Virus record (IMG/VR): IMGVR_UViG_3300038701_001717
Location: 1 to 43,738 of that record
Length of the DNA: 43,738 nt
Source: a virus
Direction: 5' to 3' (one strand)
This document shows, one piece after another, positions 26,097 to 34,519 of this stretch. Made by a program: the position numbers and the translations under genes. Within the stretch, counting starts at the first letter, position 1. The number at the start of each line of letters is the position of its first letter. The notes below the pieces were generated by a model, which worked only from the letters and a program-made list of their open reading frames with translations, did no database searches and had not been told where the DNA came from.

Positions 26097-26924
26097 ATGT
26101 TCAAACCTGAACACCTTGAAATACTTGAGAATATCAAAGAAATGGAAGCAAGTGGGGACCTGGATCGGGCTCGATTTTCGGACATACCGATCGAAGTCTA
26201 CCACCACCCAGATTGCCCAGGGATCTCATCATCTCAGATTAAATTGATTCTGGAGCGTTCATTCGCTCACTACAAGGCTAAGGTCGAAACCTATGCTCTA
26301 AGATTCGGGAATGTATTCCACACCTATACAAACGAACCTGATACGTTTGCCGATACCTACGAGATCGCCCCCACTTCATCCAAGAGATCTAAGGAGTGGT
26401 TTTCAGCTCAAAGGAAAAATGCCGGCCAAAAGATCCTCATCACCATTGATGAGTTCTATCTTGCCAAATTTATGAGCAACAAGGTTTTCGATCACCCAGA
26501 GGCCGGACCCCTTCTCCAAGGAGCCACTTTTGAGGAGACTTTCTTTTCTCGTGATGAGGAGACTGGAATCCTGAAAAAGTGCCGAGTGGATGCCAGAAAG
26601 GGTCTGGTCTTATCGGATCTCAAAAGCACAGAAAACGCCAGCGCCAGAGCTTTCAGATCCGATGCCATTCGATACGGATATGGAATCTCTGCGGCATATT
26701 ATTGTGAAATCGTTACCGAGGTCCTGGGTCAAATCGTTGATGATTTTAGACTCTTGGCTTGTGAGAAACCCAGTCCACATGAGGTGGCTGTCTACAAGAT
26801 CCATGAAGGATCTCTGCAGGATGGAGAGCAAAAATTCCGCGAGGTTTTACGCACTGTTGCTGCAATTGAATCTGGAAAACAAACCTGGAAGGGGTATCCT
26901 TTCAACCAAACCATAATCATCTAA
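26097..26924 (+). CDS. PD-(D/E)XK family exonuclease (RecE/DUF3799-type recombination exonuclease)
   Basis: 275 aa. YHHPDCPGISSSQIKLIL...FGNVFH...RVDARKGLVLSDLKST has the D..D/ExK arrangement. It is paired with a downstream annealing protein. Confidence 0.7.
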   Translation: MFKPEHLEILENIKEMEASGDLDRARFSDIPIEVYHHPDCPGISSSQIKLILERSFAHYKAKVETYALRFGNVFHTYTNEPDTFADTYEIAPTSSKRSKEWFSAQRKNAGQKILITIDEFYLAKFMSNKVFDHPEAGPLLQGATFEETFFSRDEETGILKKCRVDARKGLVLSDLKSTENASARAFRSDAIRYGYGISAAYYCEIVTEVLGQIVDDFRLLACEKPSPHEVAVYKIHEGSLQDGEQKFREVLRTVAAIESGKQTWKGYPFNQTIII

Positions 26925-26937
26925 CAAAGGAGTAAAG

Positions 26938-28107
26938 ATGACAAATTTACAACCAACTAATCACCAAGTTGTTCCCGTTCAAACGGATGGGGCTATGGCA
27001 CAAATAATGTCAAATGAAGCAGTGGCTCGGATGCAAGGCCGAGTATTTACTGCGATGACTCGTCCTAGAGATGAAAATAACTGCTTGGAGAAGATCAAAA
27101 AATCATGTTCGGTCAAAGCACTAGCTGTTCGATCGCACTATTCATATCCAAAGGGATCAACCACTGTCGAAGGACCTTCGGTTCATTTATTAAGAGCTGT
27201 TGCTGGACACTGGATGCACCTTGATTGGGGGTGGAGTGAAGTTGAAACTAAAGAAGGGAAAGGTAATGTTCCTGGGTGGACCAAAATAAGATGCTATTGC
27301 TTGGACCTAGAAACAAACTCTAATGAGGAACTTGTCTACACAGTTCATCACTATATATCCACCAGAAAGGGAAAGAAAGTTCTCACCGACCCAAGAGATA
27401 TTTACGAGCTGGTGGCAAATATGGGAGCTCGTCGAGTTCGAGCCATGCTCCAGCACGTTATCCCATCTTATGTTTGGGAAGAGGCATCGGATCTTTGTAA
27501 AGCAACAATAAAGAACACCCAAGAAGGTGAGGATCTCAAATCATTAATACAGAGCATGATAGAAAAATTTAGTGAGTACGGTGTTAAAAAGGAAAATCTT
27601 GAGAAGAGATTGGGCCATAAAATTGAAGCCACTTCCAGAGTTGAAATCATAACTCTTGGTGGAATATATAACTCAATTAAAGATGGTTATGTTCCTGCCT
27701 CTGAGCATTTTCCTGAAATGGATATGACTGAAGAAGTTCCAGAGGAGCCCAGCTTTGATGATCCAGTGGACGAGCCACCAGCGAAGTCTGTGAAGAAAGC
27801 CAAAAAGAGTACAAAAAAGAGTACAAAGAAAGCCGACCCAAAACCGGCCGTTCCCAACTATGCCCCAGGTGCCGACAATCCACCGGAGCCAGAGGAGCCA
27901 CCCCAGGAAGAAGAGGAGCGCGACATGACAAAGCGAGTCTCTGCAGAAGATGAAGAGTGGGCCTCGTTAGTTGGAGCCTGTCAGGACAAGGGTTTGTCAC
28001 AAGAGGAGCTCTCACAAATGGCTGAAGAAGGCTATGGTGTAAAAACCGGAGGATTGACTCGTGAGCAGTGTGTGGAATTATCATTGATTGTTTTGAATAA
28101 ATCGTAA
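26938..28107 (+). CDS. Single-strand annealing protein (recombinase, RecT/Redbeta-superfamily-like) with a basic/acidic Pro-rich tail
   Basis: 389 aa. SHYSYPKGSTTVEGPSVHLLRAVAGHW...DLETNSNEE...DPRDIYELVANMGARRVRA. Assigned mainly by the partnership with the adjacent exonuclease. Confidence 0.55.
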   Translation: MTNLQPTNHQVVPVQTDGAMAQIMSNEAVARMQGRVFTAMTRPRDENNCLEKIKKSCSVKALAVRSHYSYPKGSTTVEGPSVHLLRAVAGHWMHLDWGWSEVETKEGKGNVPGWTKIRCYCLDLETNSNEELVYTVHHYISTRKGKKVLTDPRDIYELVANMGARRVRAMLQHVIPSYVWEEASDLCKATIKNTQEGEDLKSLIQSMIEKFSEYGVKKENLEKRLGHKIEATSRVEIITLGGIYNSIKDGYVPASEHFPEMDMTEEVPEEPSFDDPVDEPPAKSVKKAKKSTKKSTKKADPKPAVPNYAPGADNPPEPEEPPQEEEERDMTKRVSAEDEEWASLVGACQDKGLSQEELSQMAEEGYGVKTGGLTREQCVELSLIVLNKS

Positions 28108-28136
28108 CCAACCAACCCAAAGAGGAGAAATTTAAA

Positions 28137-28853
28137 ATGAGTGATTTAGCATTATTAAACCCATTGAAAACAAATGTCTCGGAGGCCGCCGCAAAGGCTG
28201 CCACTGTGATTGTCAGCAACGAAGAAACAAAGGAGCTTGCCCTTGATGTGGGGAAAGCTCTTGGAGGCATCAAGAAAAAAGTAACCACTTCAGCTAAGAA
28301 ATTAAAAGATCCGCACAATGCGGAACTCAAAAAAATTATCACTTTTGAAAAAGCTCTTTTGGCTCAGGTCAAAGAAGCTCAAGATCATTTAAAGTCAGAG
28401 CTCTTTAAGTGGGAGCAGCACCTCACAAAAATTAGAGAGGAAGAGAAGAAAAAGCTTGAAGCTGAACGTGCCAGAGTCGAAGAAGAAAAGCGAGTTCTGG
28501 CCGCCAAGGATGTCACCCCAGTAAAAACTGACTGGAACAATCTTCTAAAAACACCGGAAGAAATTGGAATCAAAACCAAGCAAGCCGAAATTGAGAAGAA
28601 GGTTGAGCTGGATCAATTCGAGGCTGAGACTTCTCGTGATCTTAGAGAAAAAGAAAAAGCTATCGCTGCCACCAAAGTAAAAGGTGCAACGAAAGTGTGG
28701 AAGTTTAAGATCACATCAGCCGCCGAAATTCCGCGTGAGTTCCTTTCAGTGGATGAAGCCAAGATCAAAGCCTGGATGAAAGACAAAGATCTTTCCAAGG
28801 CCACCATCAATGGTGTTAAATTCTTTCAAGAAACCAGAATGAGTCTTCGATGA
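28137..28853 (+). CDS. Lys/Glu-rich coiled-coil protein of the recombination module (Gam/Gp157-like role possible)
   Basis: 238 aa. Long charged helices, with C-terminus IPREFLSVDEAKIKAWMKDKDLSKATINGVKFF. Confidence 0.4.
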   Translation: MSDLALLNPLKTNVSEAAAKAATVIVSNEETKELALDVGKALGGIKKKVTTSAKKLKDPHNAELKKIITFEKALLAQVKEAQDHLKSELFKWEQHLTKIREEEKKKLEAERARVEEEKRVLAAKDVTPVKTDWNNLLKTPEEIGIKTKQAEIEKKVELDQFEAETSRDLREKEKAIAATKVKGATKVWKFKITSAAEIPREFLSVDEAKIKAWMKDKDLSKATINGVKFFQETRMSLR

Positions 28854-29041
28854 TGTTATTGGATTTTAAAGGCGCAGCAGCCTACATCGGATTTTCAATC
28901 GACTATTTGAGATATTTGAAGAAGAGGGGAGACATCCCCTTCATTCAACCATCAGGGAAAAATGGAAAAATTTTCTTTGAAATTAAGGATCTTGATAAGT
29001 GGCTTTCAGAACGCAAAAAAAAAGCTCACCAACCACAGTGA
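28850..29041 (+). CDS. Excisionase/MerR-type HTH_17 DNA-binding protein
   Basis: 63 aa. LDFKGAAAYIGFSIDYLRYLKKRGDIPFIQPSGKNGKIFFEIKDLDKWL. Confidence 0.65.
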   Translation: MMLLDFKGAAAYIGFSIDYLRYLKKRGDIPFIQPSGKNGKIFFEIKDLDKWLSERKKKAHQPQ

Positions 29042-29146
29042 GCTTTAAAACCGTATAACCATCCCCAAAGAGGATCAAAACTTTAAGGTAACCCATGGGG
29101 ACAATTTTTAGCAAGTGTTTTAATGATTAAAACGGGGGAATAATTC

Positions 29147-30001
29147 ATGGAGTATATTGAAGTCGAGTTCCACGATAAGAAGTGGAAAAAGCTCATTCGA
29201 CGGGCAGATCTTAAGAAACCGCAATGGTTCGCTGTCGAGCATGAAACTCTGGGTCATCCCGATTTTCTTAATTTTACCCACTCAGAATTTGTCGCATATA
29301 TTTGGATTTGTTCAGTCGCTTGCAAGATGAATTCTCCAAGAGTGCGTATTTATCCAGCATTATGTGAGCGTGATTGCAGGGTGTCTGTAGGAGACACTGT
29401 GTCAGCAATCACTAAACTAGAGGATAAGAGATGGGTCTTGGTAGGAGACAGCGCGCATAATCCAAAACCTGAACTAGATCAAGGACTTGATGCTATGTCT
29501 CCTATTTCACCCGTTCGTGATCCGTACGGACCCGTTCGGAATCCGACCGTTACAAGACAAGACAAGACAAGACAGTACTCAGAAATAAATAATAAAACCC
29601 TACTACCCTCTTCTGCCTATTCTGACAGCACCTCTGCTGACGCAGAGCGTGGGGGTGCTTTTGATCTCAATGAAATCTATTCTCACTTCCCAAGAAAACG
29701 CGGTAAGTCAGAAGGGATGAAGATACTGAAAACGATTATCAAGAAGCAAGAAGACTTTGACCAAGTCCTTCAGGCTGTTGAGAATTTCAGATCTGAGATG
29801 ATTCGCTTGGCCCGACCTGAAGCAAAGATTCCCTACTTCGACACGTTCATGCGAAGCCAGTGGAAAGATTACATCACGCCGGAGGCGAGCGAAGATTTTT
29901 CACAGAGCCGTGGGGAGAGATCCCAGGCCGAGTGGGACGCAATTTTAGAAACCGTAAACCAACCAACACCAGGAGAAACAGCATGGAAGCCAATCAGGTA
30001 A
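29147..30001 (+). CDS. Putative replication initiator (two domains joined by a repeat-bearing linker)
   Basis: 284 aa. The call rests on position, on the iteron-like DNA repeats in the linker (29509..29575), and on a downstream coupled small Zn protein. I recognised no catalytic motif. Confidence 0.4.
   Translation: MEYIEVEFHDKKWKKLIRRADLKKPQWFAVEHETLGHPDFLNFTHSEFVAYIWICSVACKMNSPRVRIYPALCERDCRVSVGDTVSAITKLEDKRWVLVGDSAHNPKPELDQGLDAMSPISPVRDPYGPVRNPTVTRQDKTRQYSEINNKTLLPSSAYSDSTSADAERGGAFDLNEIYSHFPRKRGKSEGMKILKTIIKKQEDFDQVLQAVENFRSEMIRLARPEAKIPYFDTFMRSQWKDYITPEASEDFSQSRGERSQAEWDAILETVNQPTPGETAWKPIR
29509..29575. repeat. Iteron-like cluster: 21-bp imperfect tandem repeat x2, a 10-bp palindrome, and (ACAAG)x4
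   Basis: aCCCGTTCGtgATCCGtacgga / CCCGTTCGgaATCCGaccgtt (15 of 21 identical). TCCGTACGGA palindrome at 29521..29530. ACAAGACAAGACAAGACAAG at 29552..29571. Confidence 0.8.
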
Positions 30002-30537
30002 TCACCGTCTTAAAAAAGCTTGAAAACACCTACGGAGTCTACAGCCAGGAACAAGTGAGACTCATCATAAAACCCGCCATGAAGCTTGAAATGCACGATT
30101 TTGAGTATGTCGTTGAGGGATTGATTTTGGAGGGGAAGAAGCCAACACCCAAGACCGTTCTCAGGAAAATTGGGGAAGCTCACGACAGAGCCAGTGCTCG
30201 CAGAGCTAAACTCAACCAGTCCAGAATCGGCGACACACAGTCCATTGAAGCCCATAAAAAATGCCAGATCTGCAAGGATTCGGGGTTCGTTTTGCACAAG
30301 AAAGCCAGCAAAGAAACAGGGATCACCATATTCGCTGGATGCCTTTGTGAGAAAGCTTCTCAAGACTTTGGCTACAACATCGAACAACCCAACGAAGCAG
30401 GAGAATTGCCACGAGGTTTTTTCAAGCCGCAGGGAAACATTTGGGAAAAAATGCAGGAGTGGAAAGAATGGCGATCAACGTCGAGAAGCTACTGGGAAGA
30501 CCAAATTGCCAAGCAGCAAGATCTCCCCTTCTTCTGA
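29983..30537 (+). CDS. Hypothetical replication-module protein with a Cys4 zinc-binding motif
   Basis: ATG at 29983 after RBS AGGAGA (the track start at 29860 would overlap 140 nt). CQICKDSGFV...GCLCEK. Confidence 0.55.
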   Translation: MEANQVITVLKKLENTYGVYSQEQVRLIIKPAMKLEMHDFEYVVEGLILEGKKPTPKTVLRKIGEAHDRASARRAKLNQSRIGDTQSIEAHKKCQICKDSGFVLHKKASKETGITIFAGCLCEKASQDFGYNIEQPNEAGELPRGFFKPQGNIWEKMQEWKEWRSTSRSYWEDQIAKQQDLPFF

Positions 30538-30791
30538 GCACCATGTCAATCGGTGTTTTTGGGCAAAGGTATATCCAAGCATAGGGTGGACCATATAAAT
30601 TCAAGAGCGCCGCATTTATGTTCGTTTAAATGTGGAAAGAGATCAGACAACTTCCTTCAACTTCAACCTAGACTTATGTAGACCTGCGTCATAGAAAATG
30701 AGGCCGACAGCAAACGGGAGTAAACCATCGACCCCAACAGGCTGCGGGAGTAGTCGCAACCTTTCCACCTATCGTCAGCCCTCACGTTTAG

Positions 30792-30848
30792 TTCCAGTAT
30801 TCTCCAGTAGGCTCCAGCACCAATCATTTGCTTTCGGCAGGGTCCAGA
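30792..30848. promoter_or_regulatory. Helically phased YCCAG repeats inside a 390-bp non-coding region
   Basis: CCAG at 30794, 30804, 30814 and 30844, so all spacings are multiples of 10 bp: gtTCCAGTAttcTCCAGTAggcTCCAGCAc...ggTCCAGAtt. Confidence 0.45.
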
Positions 30849-30926
30849 TTTTGTGACTTGTCGCATTTCTCTTGAAGCAAACAGATCCACTTGTTGAAAT
30901 CTTTTCAAACCAACCAAGGAGTAAAA

Positions 30927-31040
30927 ATGTTTGATGAAGATTACGAAGACCTTTTTGATGAGTGTCCAGAGTGCGGATATACAGCACTCGCCTGCACTTG
31001 TGGAGTTGAAGATGAAGAAGATCCAGAGTGGGAGGACTGA
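30927..31040 (+). CDS. Small acidic zinc-ribbon-like protein (37 aa, below the track cutoff)
   Basis: RBS AAGGAG. Translation is MFDEDYEDLFDECPECGYTALACTCGVEDEEDPEWED. TGATG overlap with the next gene. Confidence 0.5.
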   Translation: MFDEDYEDLFDECPECGYTALACTCGVEDEEDPEWED

Positions 31041-31279
31041 TGTCGATGCCACAACAGAAAACAGATCCAAACGATTTTGCATCACCTACAGGAGACCATT
31101 CTGGATATACAGCCACAGCGGGATTGACCAAGAGAGAAAGATTCGCAATGGCTGCTATGCAGGGGTTTGCTGCTGATCCAAATATGGCAACTACTGAAAC
31201 AAAAGATGTTGCCAAACTTAGTGTTACTTGGGCCGATGCTTTAATAAAAGCTTTAAATGAAGAAAAGCCAAAGGAGTAA
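31040..31279 (+). CDS. Small hypothetical early protein
   Basis: ATG at 31040 after GGGAGGA (the track GTG at 31028 is an alternative). Contains LTKRERFAMAAMQGFAADPN. Confidence 0.6.
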   Translation: MSMPQQKTDPNDFASPTGDHSGYTATAGLTKRERFAMAAMQGFAADPNMATTETKDVAKLSVTWADALIKALNEEKPKE

Positions 31280-31282
31280 GAA

Positions 31283-31492
31283 ATGTTTGAAAGCGAAACT
31301 GCTTTTGATCCAGATGATTCAAGAAGATCAAAGAAATTTTATGAAGAAGGAGATCTTTGTCCAGAGTGTGAATCTGGTCACTTACAACACGAAGAAGTAG
31401 AGAACTGTAATTGCCACAATGTGGCTCCATGCTCTGCTTGCATAAACAACCCACTCATTTGTGATGAGTGTGGGGAAGAGACGGAGGTCTAA
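31283..31492 (+). CDS. Small zinc-ribbon protein
   Basis: 69 aa. CPECESGHL...CNCHNVAPCSACINNPLICDECGEE. RBS AAAGGAG. Confidence 0.6.
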   Translation: MFESETAFDPDDSRRSKKFYEEGDLCPECESGHLQHEEVENCNCHNVAPCSACINNPLICDECGEETEV

Positions 31493-31692
31493 TGGAATAC
31501 CTAATAAACAAAATTCTCAATTATGATTACACGATTCAGATGGCCCCTTCATTTGATGGGAATGTCGTCTTAAGAGCTTACTGTGTTGAGAAAAATATAG
31601 AGCTTACTTATGGAGTCAGAACTAAAGAAGAAACAATTAACGAAGGCTTAGAAAAGGTCTTGGAAAAAATAATTAAGGAGGAATTGAAATGA
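31492..31692 (+). CDS. Small hypothetical early protein
   Basis: ATG at 31492 in a TAATG overlap, after GGAGG. 66 aa. Confidence 0.55.
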   Translation: MEYLINKILNYDYTIQMAPSFDGNVVLRAYCVEKNIELTYGVRTKEETINEGLEKVLEKIIKEELK

Positions 31693-31874
31693 CCGATTAT
31701 GTATCAACCAGAAAAGATGAGAAGGCCCAGGCAACGGTAGAGAATCTGTTGGCCAACTTGGATTCTAAGAAATTCAATGAGGGTGAGAAGACTTTTATCA
31801 AGAGATTAAAAAACCGCCGCTTTATTCAAGAGTCTGAATATGAGATGGCCAAAACCTTGGAGAAGAAGCTATGA
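31689..31874 (+). CDS. Small hypothetical early protein
   Basis: 61 aa. ATGA overlap. Confidence 0.55.
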   Translation: MTDYVSTRKDEKAQATVENLLANLDSKKFNEGEKTFIKRLKNRRFIQESEYEMAKTLEKKL

Positions 31875-32107
31875 AGAATAAATTATATTGGCTTTTTAGA
31901 AATGCCGCAGCTTTGTTTTTTATGATTATAACTGGACCAATCTTCATTGTGTTGGTCTACCTTGCCCATTTAATTCTTTCATTTCTTGAGACTCTTCAAA
32001 TGGATGGTTCTTCTGAATTAGAGTTCCCATGGAACCATAACTATCGGGAAGCCTTTGTTATTGATGACATCAAACATGAGTGGCAACGATTGCGGGGTAA
32101 GTTATGA
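31871..32107 (+). CDS. Small membrane protein
   Basis: 78 aa. TMD AALFFMIITGPIFIVLVYLAHLILSFL. ATGA overlap. Confidence 0.55.
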   Translation: MKNKLYWLFRNAAALFFMIITGPIFIVLVYLAHLILSFLETLQMDGSSELEFPWNHNYREAFVIDDIKHEWQRLRGKL

Positions 32108-32328
32108 AAACAAGTGTCGGAGTGGCTAATGCTTTAAGAAATGAAATGGAGGTGACTTTCGCATCGAAGTCACACCACATGATTCGCATTTATGTCACAG
32201 ATAATTCACAACGACCTATTTTGACTAAATCCAGAGCTGTCACTCTCAGTGAAGTTGAGAACTCTGGTCTAGCCATTGTTCAGCTCGTTAATGACATCAA
32301 AGAAGAGAGGACCAAATGCCTAAAGTAA
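32104..32328 (+). CDS. Small hypothetical early protein
   Basis: 74 aa. ATGA overlap. Confidence 0.55.
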   Translation: MKTSVGVANALRNEMEVTFASKSHHMIRIYVTDNSQRPILTKSRAVTLSEVENSGLAIVQLVNDIKEERTKCLK

Positions 32329-32720
32329 AACCAAAGTATCATCCAGATGTTATCAATAAGACTCTCGGTGGTATTTGCAAATCGAGAGATTCTGATAATG
32401 GTTTTAAAGCCGTTCTTATGGGATCAGGATTCAAACACCAGCTTATTGATATTGCCAAATGCTCTGGAGCAAAAGATCCCCACGAAGAAGTGAATACTCT
32501 TGTGGGGATGGATATTGTTACCTGTAAGGGTATCACAGGACCAGAGGCATATTTCTTTGAAACAACACTGCAAGCAAGAATCTTCAGAGATCAGATCAAT
32601 GAAAAGATCGCCTCTGGAATATTGTGGGAAGCAATAGCTGCCACTGTTGAAAGGATGATCCGATACGATCAATCTCAATTTGAAGAAACTGAAATTCACA
32701 CTATGGGGGATTTAAAATGA
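32316..32720 (+). CDS. Hypothetical early protein
   Basis: 134 aa. Preceded by GAGAGGA. Confidence 0.55.
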   Translation: MPKVKPKYHPDVINKTLGGICKSRDSDNGFKAVLMGSGFKHQLIDIAKCSGAKDPHEEVNTLVGMDIVTCKGITGPEAYFFETTLQARIFRDQINEKIASGILWEAIAATVERMIRYDQSQFEETEIHTMGDLK

Positions 32721-33115
32721 TAACAGACGTTCTTGAATACCAAGCTACCAAGTTAAATCTCAATGAATGTAATTATGCAAGACTTATTAAAAGAGAGTTT
32801 GCTAATGAACCAAAATATAGCCAACACAAAGACTATATGACTGGAGAGATTATTGCGAATTTCCAGTGCTATTTCCTTTCTAGAGAACTCAAGGAAGCTT
32901 ACTGTTATTCTCATCCAAAAAACTTATGGCACTTACTGTTGTTCTTTATTTTTGGTCGATGGGATTGGTTTAGATATAAGTTCATTAAGTTCAATCGTTA
33001 CACGATTACTTTAAAAGAAGCTTATACGAATATCACAATCCCTGAGAAAGAGCCTTTTGTAATCATTAACAAATACAAGAATGGTTCTGAAGTGGCTACC
33101 TGGGAGGAGAAATGA
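32717..33115 (+). CDS. Hypothetical early protein
   Basis: 132 aa. ATGA overlap. Confidence 0.55.
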   Translation: MITDVLEYQATKLNLNECNYARLIKREFANEPKYSQHKDYMTGEIIANFQCYFLSRELKEAYCYSHPKNLWHLLLFFIFGRWDWFRYKFIKFNRYTITLKEAYTNITIPEKEPFVIINKYKNGSEVATWEEK

Positions 33116-33363
33116 TTGAAGGACAAGCCTACACCCCACTTGAACGAATGACTAGAGAGCGTGATGTTGCTGTTGAAGCCTGTCGCATAGGTGAAACTAC
33201 AGTGGAAAATTACAGGAGAAGATGCGCTCAACTAAATGCAGAAGTGAGAATCCTTAGAAGCAAAGTTCAAACTGCTGAAGCTAAAGAAGACAAGGCAAAT
33301 ATTATAAATTTGATTCTCCTTTGTTTTCTAATTGTCCCTATTCTGTTGTGGGTGGGCGTATGA
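33112..33363 (+). CDS. Small tail-anchored membrane protein
   Basis: 83 aa. Coiled coil followed by the C-terminal TMD IINLILLCFLIVPILLWVGV. Confidence 0.55.
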   Translation: MIEGQAYTPLERMTRERDVAVEACRIGETTVENYRRRCAQLNAEVRILRSKVQTAEAKEDKANIINLILLCFLIVPILLWVGV

Positions 33364-33749
33364 GTAAGGCTCCAACTGAAGCCCAAAGAAAACGAGTTAT
33401 TAGGTTTGTGAATAAGTACAGGCACAAGCTCTTTCTTGAGAAGTGGGATCTCAATATCAGCTATATGAGATACAATAAAAGTGGATCAAAAGCTGTTGCT
33501 GACATCAGTATCAATGAGGAATATTTCGATGCTAAAATCTGCATTTACCCAAGGTTCTGGAATCTCTATGTGAAGGACCAGGAGTTCGCAATTCTCCATG
33601 AGCTTTGCCATTGCATTACAGAAGAGTCCTTTGATGTTGCTGCCAACATTCTCCAGGGCTCCATGACTACACATGAAGCTATTAGATTTACAAATGAGCG
33701 CATGACTCAGACTATCGCTAAAATACTTTTTTATAGAGGTGGGAAATGA
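33360..33749 (+). CDS. Minimal HExxH zinc-metallopeptidase-like protein (SprT/WLM-like)
   Basis: ATG at 33360 in an ATGA overlap. FAILHELCHCITEE, preceded by the W-x-I...I-x-I strand pattern. Confidence 0.45.
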   Translation: MSKAPTEAQRKRVIRFVNKYRHKLFLEKWDLNISYMRYNKSGSKAVADISINEEYFDAKICIYPRFWNLYVKDQEFAILHELCHCITEESFDVAANILQGSMTTHEAIRFTNERMTQTIAKILFYRGGK

Positions 33750-34519
33750 ATAAAATGAAAGAATTTATTAATATCTGGGAGGGTCTTTGTATTCTTTCAG
33801 AGAGCAAGAAAATGGACCGCATAAAAGTGGTTTTGCCCGAAGTGATATTTCATCAAGCTAGAGCCAGAGCTTTGTCATATTTATATCAAAATGGCACTGG
33901 TGAAGATCCTAATTCACCACCAGATAGATTCCAATTTCTTGGCATCACTTATATCAAGGAGAGCAATTCTCTTTATCCTGATATTAAAGTCACAACTGAA
34001 AAACTCGGATGTTTTGCCGCTGATAGTTGGTTGATGAAAGAGTTTGAGAAAATGGACAAAAAGCCTTCGATTCTTAAGACAGCACTTGAGAATGGTTATT
34101 TTGAGGGAAGAGGTAAAGGAGAGAGTGTGAAGTTTCCAAGACTTAACACTCTTATACAAGATAAAGAGATTGGTAAATTTAGAAAAATTCTAGATGAGGT
34201 TTCTTATAAGGACTGGAATTTCATTGTTGATAGAGATGTTGGATCGTCTCGCTGTTATCTTCAGATTCAATTCAAAGGTCATTGCTCTGTCACCGGAGAG
34301 CCAGCCCCACAGAGAGGCCGTAAGTGGTTCCTCTCTCCCCACATGACCAAGAGTGAAGTTGTTTCCACTGCCTTTAAAGCTGTAATGACAGCAGAGGAAC
34401 ACGAAACAAGAGAGCATTTTAAATACAAAGACCAAGCCATATATGGTCCCCACTTTGACGTAGACTTCTTAGTTCTTGGTGCTAGGTATGGCCACACTGA
34501 CGTAAGGGAGAAGAAATGA
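33746..34519 (+). CDS. Hypothetical protein
   Basis: 257 aa. Conserved-looking C-terminal half: YLQIQFKGHCSVTGEPAPQRGRKWFLSPHMTKSEVVSTAFKAVMTAEEHETREHFKY. I could not name a family. Confidence 0.6.
   Translation: MNKMKEFINIWEGLCILSESKKMDRIKVVLPEVIFHQARARALSYLYQNGTGEDPNSPPDRFQFLGITYIKESNSLYPDIKVTTEKLGCFAADSWLMKEFEKMDKKPSILKTALENGYFEGRGKGESVKFPRLNTLIQDKEIGKFRKILDEVSYKDWNFIVDRDVGSSRCYLQIQFKGHCSVTGEPAPQRGRKWFLSPHMTKSEVVSTAFKAVMTAEEHETREHFKYKDQAIYGPHFDVDFLVLGARYGHTDVREKK

Noticed and set aside
27677-28342. 221-aa ORF on the minus strand
   Set aside because: It runs antisense across the 3' end of the annealing-protein gene, the intergenic RBS and the 5' end of the next + gene. It has no RBS, and every other gene in the genome is on the + strand.
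28850-29041. Excisionase-type HTH taken as evidence for a temperate, integrating lifestyle
   Set aside because: No integrase, att-like repeat or repressor is visible anywhere in the closed genome. HTH_17 domains also serve as general DNA-binding regulators.
29860-29982. Upstream extension of the 29983..30537 gene given in the ORF track
   Set aside because: It would overlap the preceding gene by about 140 nt. The ATG at 29983 has a well-spaced AGGAGA RBS and produces the usual short overlap.
30663-31215. Two overlapping minus-strand ORFs (140 and 146 aa) that partly cover the non-coding gap
   Set aside because: Both extend through well-supported + strand small genes that have strong RBSs. 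An internal Met version (30663..30866) has only a weak AGAG upstream and no recognisable fold signal. A small minus-strand gene cannot be fully excluded without expression data.
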